From: Euglena gracilis
Lineage: Eukaryota
DNA length: 64,000 nt
Direction: 5' to 3'
Assembly (NCBI GenBank): GCA_039621445.1
Contig: CP154954.1
Span: forward strand, 24,750,954 to 24,814,953
A model generated the notes under the pieces. The model worked only from the letters and a program-made list of their open reading frames with translations. It did no database searches and was not told the origin of the DNA. Numbering within the stretch: the first letter of the stretch is position 1; each line of letters begins with the position of its first letter. Shown one piece after another: positions 14,001 to 26,782 of this stretch. The translations under genes were made by a program, and so were the position numbers.

Positions 14001-17000
14001 TCTACCCTCACCCGGGCCCTCCCTCCTCCTCTCTGGATCATTGTGACAAACCACCCCACCTTCCCTCCTGAAGCCCGGCCTGGACGAAACACTCTGGGCC
14101 GCATCCAGGCGAGGATGGACTTCGGCGTGATGAGGGCGTAGAGGCCCGGGCGGTACATCCCGTTGGTGGTCTCCATCACCGCCAGCCGGCTGTCCAGCAG
14201 GTGTGGGGAGGGGCTGGCCAGGGGGGGGAGGTCCACGTACCAAAGTGCCTCACCCCCCCTCACCCTACACCCTGGGGGACTCGTCTGCAGGTGAGCGATC
14301 GGATGGCAGTGGGGAGGTCGGGCTGCTTTTGAAGACCTCGGGAGGGGGATCCTCCCATCCACCCAACCTCGTGCAGATCCCCCAACACTGGGCTATCTTG
14401 AGGCGTTTTCCAAAACAGTTAAAGTGATTCGTTTGGAGGTGTGGTAGTGGAAACGGCGGCAGCTTTACATGGATTGCGTGGCAGCTTTGCATTCGACTTC
14501 ATCAGCCAAAATGTCTTCACCAAGGCAGGAAGACTTACCAAGACTTACAACCTTACCAAGACAGCCGTCTTTCCTGCTGGAGGGAGGGACTGCTGCCATT
14601 TCCCTGCTGCCATGGCCCACCGCCCTCAGCCGGGCCCTCAGCACCAGTCGTCGGCGGAAGTCAGGTAGCCCGGGCTGGAGGAGAAGGACACCTGCCGCTG
14701 CGTCGCCCCCCGGGCCCAGCTGTCGGAGGGGACGGCGTCCAGGGGGATGGGGAGGTCGGCGGGCACGTTGGCGCCACTGTGGGGGGGGGGGGGGGCAGGG
14801 TTTGATTGAGGACAGGTGCCCCCCGTCCAGGAGGACCCCCCTCCTCTACCATATTAAACGCCGGTGGTAAACAAATATGTGGCGAGCTTCATATCTTTCC
14901 CTCAAAAAAAAAGGATGGAACGTTTGGTTTTGGCGCAACGCAAGGTGTGAAAACGTATCCCCCAAACCCAATGAACACATTTGACAATCTAGACGGTCCG
15001 GCTGTGGAACATTCTTTGGGAATAGGTTGTATGGGAATTTGCATTCAACTTGCGACTGGCAACGACTTGGACGGTCTGGACGCCCGCTGCTCATTGGGCA
15101 TGGGTGTTCACTGGGCTTAGGGGGAGGTACCACGTTTTTTTTGCAAACTCTCAACGGCAATATAATTGATCCAGCTTCCAATGACAGGAGGAGGCGCCGC
15201 CGGGGGCATAATGCTTGAAGATGCGGTTCATGGCGCTGTACTCGTCCCACGTGGTAGGGCCAGGACTCGGCACCCAGAACCATTGTCCACGCTACTGCAG
15301 GGGGGGAACGCAACAAAAAAACCCTCAAAAATGCGACTCAAAAAGAACACAAAAAAAAAACGAAAAAAAACACAAAAAAAGAAACATAAAAAAAAACACA
15401 AAAAAACACATTTTGCATTTTTTCTCCCCCCTGCTCTACTGCCACCAGCACAGACCCCGCCCTGCCCACAGCTCGTGGGGGTAGGGGTCAACCTCCCCTC
15501 TCCACCACAAGTGAATATCAAAAATCATTTGATGTGAAAGCAAAATTTGACACTCAGGGGTCTGACCTGTTGCACACACTGCCCCTGGCTCATTCCCCCC
15601 GCACCGCTCGTGGACCCCCAGGGTGTAGTCAACATGTAGTCAACCCTCAAAGTTGCATCCTCACCTGTTGGGTTCAACCTGCCCCCCCCCTTTCAAGCCA
15701 TTTAGCCAGGCGGCTCGTTCGTTCAGCAGGGGAAGGCGAACCAAGGGGTGGAGACTCCCGAGGGGGGGGTCATACTCCTTTCCCCTTGTGTGCCCAGTAC
15801 TTCCCTCCCAGAATGGCGCCGCCCTCTATCCATTCCTACCCCCTCTCTCCCCCACCTATTTTCCTCGCTCCCACCCCACTCCTCCCGCTCTAATCACGCT
15901 ACCTTTCACTTGCTCTGCGCTCCCTATTACCTTGCCTTCCCCCATCAACCTGTTCTGTGTTCCTCACCCCCATGCCACCTTCCTCCAAGCCACGCCCCCT
16001 CCAGTGCCACGTCCCCCTCCTCCCCTACCCCAATTGATTCACGGCGCCTGCTTCAAGGTTCCCCGTAGGAGGCAAGTCCTCCCTGGGTGGTCCCCCCAAC
16101 CCCTCTGTTGGCACTATTCCCCATTCCAACCAAGCCTTCTTCTGTACCAAACTTACTTGCCTATGGACCGTTTTGGCTTTCTACAGTCTTTGCTTTTATC
16201 TTATTTTTCCCCCTACCAAGACTCACCTCCCACCGGACCCGTCTTTCTCTTTGGCTATTTGCGTCTACCCTCCTGCCCAACCTTACGTCTACCGCCTCCC
16301 GTCCTTTTCCCCCATCGTCCTCACTCAATGTACATTCCTCTGTACCCTGGAGTTCAACCTGCCCTTCACTTTTTTCCCCGGGCCCCGGTCTCTCCCGTCC
16401 ATCGGACCCACTCCGCATCTGTGACCAGCCCCCTCCCCCTTCTCCTTTCGCTCAAATATGCCTTCTTCCTCCCCCATATCACCGCCTCCAAACCCTTCTT
16501 TGGTCTTGCCCAGTGGACTCCCTTCCCCCCCGGTGGATGAATTGACATCATCCCCTTTGCACATTTTCACTTCTTGGACCCCCCTCCCTCTACTCCCCCG
16601 CTCGCTTACACCTCATTGGGCAATAGTCCCAGTTCCTTCTGGAGCGGGACAGACGTTTTTTTGCCCTCCCCACCCATTGCCATTCTCATCCCCGCCTTCT
16701 TTCTTCTGAAGTCAATCCTTTCCGTCTTTATCTCCACCCGCCAGCTCGGGCTCCTCACTCGCCCTATTCCCGCACTTTGTTGGCTGCCCAACGCCTCAAA
16801 AACTCTTGCTACCACGCGTAGATGTGATCTTGGGCCCTTTTTGTTTTCTCATCTTACCCACGCCCCCCTTCCCCTTCCTCTTCTCAGCCCCGCTTCCCCC
16901 CACACCGCCTCGGTCTATGCCCCCTGGTGATTTGTATCTCCTTTTCCCACTGGGTTGCACCTCTGCCCTGGCTCATTCCCCCGCACGCTCAGTGCCCCTC

Positions 17001-20000
17001 GTGTTTGTCCTTCATGTTCCTCTATCTTTACCAGCTCAACTGTTTGGGTTTCCACCTGCCCCCCCCTTTCAGCCATTTCCCCCGATTCCCTTCGTCAGGT
17101 GCCTGGCAGCCATGGGGTGGCGGTGCCTGGGGGTGGCCCCAGAGCAGGTCTTGGCGGTCGGAGGTCAGCCGGATGAGGGCGGAGCAGCGCAGGCTCTTCA
17201 CCGCCTCCCCGCCAAAACCCTGCCCTCCAACCCGCAAAATGGCGTTGGTCGTCGCCCAAAGCACACACCCACCGAGAGAGTCAGCCGGAGAGGGGAAGGG
17301 GCACTTCTTTCGACGCCAAACCCCACCCCACCCCACCACGTTTTTCCAGGGGAAAGCCTTCCCTCGGGGCAGGGGCTTGTTCTTGGTATGGCATATGCGA
17401 CCGCTGGGTCGCTTGGGTTGCGTGTCGCTTGTGCCGGACGGTGCCGTTCACGGCGGGGACCGGTGTCACGGTGATCTCTGGGACCCTGACGCCCATCCGA
17501 CGTCAAAAGTGTGAGGCAACGTATATATACATATATATACATATATATACACACATATGTATGTATGCACACATACAATCATATATATGTATACACACAT
17601 AAACCCCCCCACTTACAAACCCCCGGGGTTTATAGGATCCGGTTTGGTTGGTCGGCCGAAGGGGGGGGGTTTATAGGTGGGGGGGGGGGTTATAAGGTCT
17701 GGAATTGTTGGTGAAATTCCGACCCCCCAAAATGACCATGAAACCCCCCCAAATTGGCAATTATCGGCAAATTTGGTCAAAAATGGCATTTTTGATGATG
17801 GTCGGTCTCAAAAAATTGCCAAAAAAATCAGTTTTTGGGTGGTTTGGTGGCCGGAAAAATCGTCCCCGGCGGCTTTCATTTTTCTTCCCCAGGGGGGGGG
17901 TTATAGGATCCGGTTTGGTTTGGTTGGTCGGCCCGAGGGGGGGTTTATAAGTGCAGGGGGTTTATAAATGGGGGGGGGTTATAAGTGGGGGGTGGTGTTT
18001 ATATACATATATGTGCACACAATAATTAACATATAATATGCAGATGAATGAAAAAAATGAATTTGCAGAATAGACAACTGCGGGAACCTTTTCCGATTAA
18101 ATACTTGATTCTGACAAAAAGAAGTTCGGCTTGTGACTCATTGTTTTGGACTCTCAGCCCCCCCCCCCATCTGGGAACCAGCATCAAATGCCACAAAATG
18201 GGAAAAATTTGCAACAACGGAAAAACAGAGCCCATCAGACGGTCACCGTGGACAGGTCAATTAAGTCACCGTCTGCATTGAGTAGAAAAAGCTCTGCCTC
18301 GGAAAGCCACTCTTGTGGGCTGGCGAAGTCCTGGTAGCCGGCCACCAGCCCGTCGAACTGGGCTGCGGCCAGGCACCCCTCTGCTCCGTCACTCAGCTTC
18401 ATCATCCAATCTGTATGTGTCAGCCGTTCCGTTATGGAAAATGTTGATTTCAACAATACATTTTTAATGTATTATTTATCTTCAGTAATCATTTCAGTAT
18501 TTTGAGTAAAATATAATAATATAATAATTTCAAAATATTTCAACACTGCGCATTATCTCCAACTTCTGCTGCTCGATCTCACACCGGAGGTGGACACCGC
18601 GTGGCTCAGACACCCGCACACAGGAACAGCGGCCAGCCTAGGAGAGCCGGGGGCAGGATGCCGCCGACCACCTGCCAGTACTGCGGCGGTGGGCCGCTCT
18701 GCGACGTTTTGGGCGTCGTCCGGTGGGCGACCTCCTGGCGGATCCACGCCAGGTTTCGGCCACGGAGGGGTGGGGCCCCCGGCCAGCAGGGCGCTCCCTG
18801 AGGGGTGGTCCTTGACGGAAAACAAAAAGAATCCCGGCCTGTATGGACCACCCTGCCAGCCAGGGGATCTCGGTGGACCTTGGGAGGAGGGGGATTTGTG
18901 CCTCTTCTTCCGCCCAATTTTTCCGAAACAGGTCCCAAGCATCATCATCAGCATCATCATCAGCATCTTTTGGGCCGGTTTGGGTTTGTGGTTGTTGTTC
19001 AAAAAACATTCCCTTGGGGTTGTGGAGAATATTTCCTTCAATGAACCCCATTTTGGTCACCAACGCCCTCCAGGCGGCTCACACCCTGGGAGGGAGGGGC
19101 CAATACTTGACGGAAAGCCCCCCCCCCCCCCGCCCCCCCCGGAGGTGGGGTCTGGGGGGTTTCCCGCCAGTTGCTGGGCTGGTTCTGGTTGGCACTCAAC
19201 AACGGAGAAAGAAATGAAATCCAGCGGGGTTGGAATTCTTCGGGAAAAAATATTCAGGGGAAAGGGCTACAACTCCTCCCCTGGTCCCCGGCTGACTCCT
19301 GGAGCAGCTCGAGTTTCGCGTTGCGCGATCAACTCGCTGTGCTGGACTGGGGAGGCATTCACGTTCGGAATCACTGCAACCCGTGCCTCGGGGGCCCGGC
19401 CACCCCTCCCTGGGCGTCGGCAAAAAAGCGGGCCAGCTTGGGGGGGACGACGCGGTTGGGGAAGAACGTCTCCAGCGTGTTCCAGTAGTGCTCGTAGATG
19501 CGCCGGTGTGTCACCGCCCCTTCGGGGACCGGGGGGCCTGGGGTTGTGTGCGCTGCGCGATGGACCAACCACCCAGCTGGTTAATGACAATTTGTGTGTT
19601 TGTACGTATGTGTGTGCCATACGTGTCAGATGTGCGTTGTTACGGGGAGAGTCTGGGCCCAATAAATAAATATTCAACTGCCATTCTTGAACCATGGAAA
19701 CTGAAATGCCACCGTTCAAACCATGGCATTTCTCAAAAACTTCACGTTACCAAATCTGCCACCATTCAGGGGGAGTGGGTTGCTGTTTACCAGCGATTCT
19801 CTTCCTGAGCCTCCCGGGGTGGCGCACCCAGCTGCGAACATGCTCCGGCGGTAGCTTGCGTAGGACGGTTCATGGGGCACCGCTCGGACCCACAGCTCCC
19901 ATCAGAGGTTTTTGTCGACTTCGCTGAGAAATAATCTGGGATTACCCTGGCCCCCTAAATTATCTTCACACAGAACTCTGGTGTGGGATCTGGTGTGGGG

Positions 20001-23000
20001 GATGCCCCATGATGTTCCGCAAGCAAAACTAAACCCAGAAGTGGTCTCCCACACCTGACATTTCGCACTGGAGGCGGCCGACCCCCCCCCCCACTGGTAT
20101 CAGCACCCTGGTGGGAGGTTGCCGCACAGGGCCGTGCCAAACAACTCAGTTTACAAGGCGGAGGCACAACGAAAGAGAGACACACACCCTGCTCCGGCGG
20201 CATCCACTTGTGCAACGCGATGCCCCTGAAATTGCCAACGAAAAGGCCGCCAGTGCACTGTGGGGATTGCCCTGCCCCGATGCTGGGTGGCCCTGGGTTC
20301 TGGAGTGCGAGACACAACTGCCCACCTCGGAGAATGCACACCTGCGCACCCACACCCCCACGGAATGCGCAGGTGCGCACTCTCGTGGATACCCAGCGCT
20401 CCTCCCCCCTCCCCACTACTCTCTGAAAGATTACTCCAAGCACACTAACCACTTGCCAGCGCCCCCTTGTGTGCCCCCCCCCCCCCCCCCGCTTCCAGCA
20501 CAGGACCTCCCCTCCACTCTAACCGTATGGACCACCGTGCCCGCTTCCCACAGCCACCCCCGGGAGCTGCACTTACCGTATAAAACTTCAAGAAAAAGCC
20601 GGGACGGGGAGGAGGTTGAATGCGCACCTGCGCATTCACTGGGCACCACAGAACAGGGGGACAACGGGGCGGCAGGTACAAAGGTTCCACTTGATGTTCG
20701 TCCCCATAAGACAGCGTTACAGTGTTACAGACAGTGTTGCACTCTTTCCATCATCATTATCAGAGTCATTATCCCTTCTCCTCATCTATTTTATTCATGA
20801 TGAAAAAGTCTGTGGAATTGGAGAACAGGTTGCTGGCGTTGGACAAGCTTGCATGCTGCACAACCTTAGATGACTGGGAATGCACTATTCATTTTTGGTG
20901 CTTTTTTGCGCACCTTCACATTCTTTTTCGTCGCCATCACTTTGCAGAGCGGAACACCCGACAGGTGAAACCCGTGGTACCAAATGGGTGTCACTATTTT
21001 TTCAACCCCCATGCTTTCTTTCTGCGTAAACCAACTTTTTCGTTTTGAAAATGGTGGTTTACCACCTCTGCGAACCAGGGAAAGAACCCCATCTTCCGAA
21101 TTCGGTGAGGGTAGAGAGGAGAGAAAAAGACAGAGTGTAGTAGAGAGCAAGCGCAAGGAGGAGAGTGCTCATCAACTGTTGTCCATGCTTGTTTTCCCCT
21201 TTCAGGGAGAACTTGATCCTTGATGGAAAAGCCATTTTCAGAGGGACACATTCATAAACGGGAGAAAGTGAAATTCACAATCATTCCTGGTGGTTTGTGG
21301 TGATTCGTGATTACTCGTGATTATTTTTGAATTTGGGAAATCCCCAAATTTGTGATGGTTCGTGAGTATTTGTGAAAGGGGCAAAAATGCGAAAATATGG
21401 GAAACACATTTCCCCTTGTTGAGGCATGGTTTGGGGCAAAAAACTGGAAAGAAAATATGAAATTCTTGGGGGGTCCCTTGGTCTGTCGGACCCCTTGGCA
21501 TGAGGGGAGAGTGCAGACCCAGCACCTCCAATCGTTCAAAAACGAGCTCCAATTCCATAAACTTGGGGCTGGGGCGTTCTTTTTGTGCTCTTGTGCTTTT
21601 GGGAATCCCCTCGTTCCCAAACTGGGAAATTTGAAAAAGGAAGATTGGCAAAAACTTTGAACAAAGCAAATTTTTCTGACTTTTCGTCAGTGAAATCTGA
21701 TCCGTGGGGCAACAGAAAACCAGCAGGACAATCCTCACTTGTGTTGCCTAATTGTTCCCTTTTCGATACCCCGCCAGGAGGTACTGAGAACTCTTAAACA
21801 GAAGCCTGCCCCAGTGAGCAGGCCAATCCAATTCCATTGGTGTGGCTGGTGACAATTCAAAAAATCCTAAGGAAGAAACTTGTCCAAGATTTTTTTATAA
21901 TTTCTATTATTTTTTTCTCCAAAAAATATGTCTGTGTGTGTCTGGGTGGTAATGCCCCATTTTTCTCCCGATGCCGAGGTGAGAACCACTCACGTGGGTC
22001 AACATTTGCAATGATGACTGTATGGTAGATATTGTAACTCATATTTAACAATGAATGTGATACTTTTTGAACAAAGGTCCGTATATATTCCTTGAGCATT
22101 GGAAATAATCTGCAAATGCCTGGGTTACAGTCGTCCACCCAGATCAACAGAATATGTATGACGACTTTCTGGCCCCTTTTTGACCATTTGCCATTGTCCA
22201 AAGGGAAATAAAATGTGCCACGTTGAAAAAAACTGTTCTCCTCTGGACCCCTGATGAAAAACAGAACCCGCCAGCTGAGTACAAACTGGATGAGCTGGAA
22301 AAAAAAATCTTTTTGATTGTTTCGATCAAAAAATCTCTGGCTCCGACCAGCCAGAGACCTGCAGGCTGTCGTTGAACATGACGCAGGCGGTTGCCTTGGC
22401 CTCGTCGCAGCCACCATAACAGGCAGGCCCACCATTCAAAGGGATGGGGGACTCCGAGACAAGGACAGGGATGGGACTCCCCCCTCCTGTACGGCGCAGT
22501 CCGAGTGAATGAGATTCAGCCCGACATGAAATGCTGGGCCGAAAAAATTTACCCCCCCCCAAATCAATTTCGGGCGCTTTTCGGGCAAAAAAAAAATGCC
22601 AAAAAATGCTCAAGGTTCTGGAAGGGAAATTCGACCTTTTTTAAGGGGGGTTCCCAGGCAGCCCTCCCCCCCCCCCCCGGAGCCCCTGAACCCCCCTTGT
22701 CAGGTGGGTTCAGGGGGGTAGGAGGGGAGTGCTAGCTAGGAGGGGAGTGGGGCACCCCTCCCACCCGGACACCCTCTTTGTATCGAACCCTGAAACTCTC
22801 ACCTCAGCCAAAATACCATTACCCCCCCCCCTAAATGACCCCCCCCCCTAAGTGGCCCTTTGGGGTCCCGGCCGAACTCCCCACTTACCTGTTTAGCAAC
22901 CGGGCCCTTCAACCCTAAGTGACTGTAATGGGGAAAAGAGGTGACGGGTGAATTGGGCGTTCTGTTAAAGATGATCGCTCATTTGCATCGCATGTGAATA

Positions 23001-26000
23001 TGTTGCAAATAACTCTAACTGCTTCGAGGGAACAAAAAGAAGTGGTTTCAGATCAATTGTGTGAAACGAAGGCATCATCTGGTGTCTTTGTTTTTGACTT
23101 CCAGCGTTGCAACTGCCATTTGTGCAAAGAATGGAGGATTATTTTCACGTTGTGTTCGCCCTTGTTGTTCTTTTTAACTCGAATAAATTTGTCGCAACTT
23201 GTACAAATGCGGTCTTCTTTTACTCAGCATCCACGCTCACGGGGATGCTGGAAGTAAGAGGTAACAATAATGGCTTCCAGTGGAGTGCTAGAAATGGCCG
23301 TAGAACAAAGCCGGCAGCGACCTTCCCCTGCAGTGGCAAACGGTGACCTATCCAGAGACCTCCTGCCAGCGGAGGCTGCGCGAGACGAACACCGCCGCCT
23401 CTGTGAACTGCGCCGGCTCTTCCTTCCTTTGAGGCGCCCGGGCCTGATGACGAAAGAAAGAAGTGAGTGCAAATACACTCAGTGTGGTGTTGCCCATTCG
23501 GAGGGGGGGGGGGCTGCTCGATTTCTGCTTCGTGCACAAAGAGGACACAATTTCCCCCATTCTTCCCCCAAATACGCCCAAGACATAACTCAGCGAAACG
23601 AATTTAAATCAGCACTTCCGCAACCATATGATTCGACTGCAAAAAGATAAAGGGACCGAAATCATTACAAAAACCAGTGACTCACTTTCTTCAGAAAACC
23701 AGAGCCTGAAAAAACCAGTCACCCCTCCAGGGGGGACAAAATGATCGCATGACCAATGGCGATGTCAGTCAATGTAAACCCTCCCCCCCCCACTTATAAA
23801 CCCCCCGGGGTTTGTAGGATCCGGTTTGGTTGGTCGGCCGAAGAGGGGGGGGGATTTATAGGTGGGGGGGTCGCTGAGCTTATCCCTTTATGGGTAAGAG
23901 CGAAGCTTACACCCGGCGAAATCCCCCCCCCTCGACCCCCTCCTCCCCCCCCCGGGTCGGGGCCACCAGGAGAACCGACGGATTATCACCATGATCCCGG
24001 CCCCGTTCCCGGAATTTTTTTTTCAGTCGTGAGCGACTGGATTTCTAGTTTCCGAATCACCTGGGTTTGACCCCCAACTCCCCGCCAGGCCCGAGTTATT
24101 CACGCGCGAAGGGGTCCAAACTGGGTAGGATTTACCCGCCCCCCCCTGGATAAGCCCCCCCCCCTTTGGACTCTGCCATTTCGGCCAAAAAATGTCAAAT
24201 TTCAAAAAATCTCCAAAATGAAGCCAAATCAAAGGAAATGTCCGGAGACCTAATTTGAAGCCCTTGGAACGCCCCATCTACTGGTATTTTGATTTCCCCG
24301 CAACTCCCCGGCCCAGCCCGAGATACGGCGTTTTCGGCGCAGATGGCCGTTTTGTGCACTTTTCCCTCTGTTCGACTAAGCCGTTTTCGGGGGGTGGGGG
24401 GTCAAAAAATCGATGTTTTCAAAATTTCTCGAAAATGATGCAAAATCAAAGGAAATGTACAGAGACCTAAATTGAAGCCCTTGGAACGCTCTATCTACTG
24501 GGATTTTGGTTTCCCCGCAACTCCCCGCCCAGCCCGAGATACGGGCGTTTTTTGGCCAATTTAGGCCATCTTAGGCCATTTTGTACACTTTTTCCACTGT
24601 TCGACTTAGCCATTTTCGGCCAAAAAAGTCGAAAAAAATCGAAAAATTTTTTTTTGCCTGAAACGATGTTTTTTTGCCTCCCGGACCCAGAAAAACTGTT
24701 GTTGAGCCGAAAACGAGCGTTTTTCGACCCGCCGGCGCCCCGTTTTGGGCCGCCGACCCATTGACTTTGGGTCAAACCCAATTCAAAAAAGTCGAAAAAA
24801 ATCGAAAAATTTTTTTTTGCCCGAAACGATGTTTTTTGGCCTCCCGGACCCAGAACAACTGTTTTTGAGCCGAAAACGAGCGTTTTTCGACCCGCCGGCG
24901 CCCTGTTTCTGGCACAAAACCGATGGATTTCAGTCAAAAGAGCTCCAAGGAGTGGGCCAGTATGTATGGAGGGGTCAATGAAGGGGTGGGTGTGTGCTTA
25001 TTAAGAGCTCAGCATTATTCAAAACCTGGTTTATAGGATCCGGAATTGTTGGTGAAAATCTGACCCCCCAAAATGACCCCGAAACCCCCCAAATTGGCAG
25101 TTTTTGGCAAATTTGGTCAAAAATGGCATTTTTGATGATGGTCGGTCTCAAAAAATTGCCAAAAAATCAGTTTTTGGGTGGTTTGCAGCCGAAAAAACTG
25201 TCCCTGACGGTTTCCATTTTTCTTCAGCAGGGGGGGTTTATAAGTGGGGGGTGGGGTTTACTTGTTGGAGTCAAGCACACTGAATGGCATCCGGAAAAAA
25301 AAATCTGCTCAGGCCAAGGCCGAACACTGCGTGGAAGGGAGGCGGGGCATCACACCGGTGCGGCGGGCCGCTGCCACCAGCCTTCCGTCAGGATGGCCAC
25401 CACCACCAACGGCCTCAGACCCAACCATCCCCTGTCCCTTTGCCGGTGGGGCATAGAGTGGCCGTGGACCCAGACAGCTGCCGGCGCGACACGGAAAAGA
25501 GCGCAACACAAAAGAGAGGAATAGCCTGCCCACCCCCCAGGCTAACTTTGGACATCTTAGGACGGAACAAGGCTGCGGTGTGCCGGGTGGCGGGACAGCG
25601 GGGGGGGGGGGGGGCCGGGGGGGGCGGGGGCCTGGGTGCGACCACCGCGAGGAGGGGCCACAGTCGGCCGAGGTCCGCGAGGGGCGTGGCGTCGAGGCAC
25701 GCGAGGCGGGGTCGGCCTGGCCCCAGAGTTCGATGCAAGGGTGGGGGGGTTGGGAATCTGTCAAAAATCTGTCAAAAAAATCACGTGCACAGTGCCGGGA
25801 GGAACGTTTCGAGAGGAATGCCGGGTGTCCCCGCGGGCAGGTGTGGTGGTGGTCTGGTGTGATGGTCCGAACCCCAGGGGAGTCCAGGGCTTCCAATTTT
25901 TTACCGACCCCCTCGGGGGGGGGGGAGGGGGTCCGGGCCAAAAACTAGTCAGTCACTCTGAAAAAACCAGTCACCCCCTGGGGGGGGGGGTCGGCCAGTG

Positions 26001-26227
26001 ACTAAGTGATTGTATGGTCCAGGGGGGGGGGGGTCCGGAGGGGCCTCCTCAACCCTGTCACACCCCTTGTCATATCGAACGCTGGCCGGCCCCCACCGGG
26101 CCGCCCGCGGCGGGGGGGCCGGCGACGACGTAGACGGGGTGGCGGGGGCGCTGACGTCCGCGGCGGGGAAGGTGCCGTAGCGGGGGTCGGGCTGCCCCGG
26201 CAGTGGCAGCGCGGCGGCCGGCGCCAT
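8050..26227 (-). CDS. Phospholipase B-like protein (PLBD/LAMA family, Ntn hydrolase), 22 exons, 659 aa, with N-terminal membrane anchor
   Basis: Exons (high to low): 26227-26075, 25729-25638, 25410-25356, 23443-23354, 22415-22343, 19897-19821, 19523-19416, 18755-18655, 18364-18254, 17461-17389, 17207-17133, 15255-15208, 14724-14643, 14202-14100, 13135-13085, 12145-12041, 11769-11611, 11298-11227, 10851-10725, 8977-8913, 8817-8724, 8115-8050. They total 1980 nt with compatible phases. Family motifs appear in order: [37 protein letters not shown], catalytic [106 protein letters not shown]. Confidence 0.92.
10354..10622. mobile_element. MITE-like element (ACCCTGACAG subrepeats); related copy at ~10908-11042
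   Basis: TIR ACCTACCCCCCCCCCCGGGAAACTGTCA / TGACAGTTTCCCGGGGGGGGGGTAGGT. Confidence 0.6.
17601..18000. mobile_element. MITE-like element inserted in TA-rich sequence
   Basis: Ends AAACCCCCCCACTTA.. / ..TAAGTGGGGGG..TTT are inverted. The interior is closely similar to 23777-23870 and 25030-25260. Confidence 0.65.
23777..25260. mobile_element. Second copy of the 17601 MITE family, split by a ~1.15 kb nested insertion
   Basis: Left arm 23777-~23870 and right arm ~25030-25260 match the 17601-18000 element. The insert has internal duplications (24150-24330 vs 24400-24560; 24625-24745 vs 24787-24905). Confidence 0.55.
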
Positions 26228-26782
26228 GCGGGGGCGGCGAGGGGGGCCCCGGTCCTGCAGGGGAGAGGGGTGGGGGCTGGGCCCCACACCCGCGGCAGTG
26301 CCTGCACCCCTGGGCCGGGGCGGGAAGGAGCCGGCCACAAACGGTGCGAGGCGTCGCCAGAACACAGCGTTTCGCGACGACGGGGGAGTGCGGCGGACCA
26401 AAACGCTCGTACGCGTCACCTTCCTGAGGGGGTGCAAATGCGGGAGGAGAGGAGTCAGTCTTCCCGGAGCGCATCCTCACACTGTGGCTCAGGTCACAAT
26501 GTCTGACTGGACGGCCGATTTGGGTTTCGGCAAAATCCGTGAGCCACTCAAGAGAACAAATCAAATTGCCGGGAGGGCTAATGGCTTTTTGGCTTCAATT
26601 TTTTTTGGCTTCAATTCTTCACCTGCATGCAGGTCTGCCTGATGTCAGGGTTTGCACTTGTATAATTGTGGCGACGCTGCATAGAGGTGACGAGCAGCAT
26701 GTGAGGTGCATTGGAGTGTCTCCCGTCACCGGTATGGCTCGGATCCGACGCACAGCCACGGGGAGGGGTCGGCCGGGCGGGG

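Noticed and set aside
18590-19669. 359-aa plus-strand ORF and similar GC-rich plus-strand ORFs
   Set aside because: Antisense shadows of PLBD exons and introns; no recognisable motifs.
20660-20730. Coding-like patch ([16 protein letters not shown]) as an extra PLBD exon
   Set aside because: The flanking exons already join in frame (GWS-ELWV) with a matching intron stem.
8050-26227. Fragmented pseudogene interpretation of PLBD
   Set aside because: All 22 segments join in frame without stops, keep the catalytic Cys, and share a consistent border structure.
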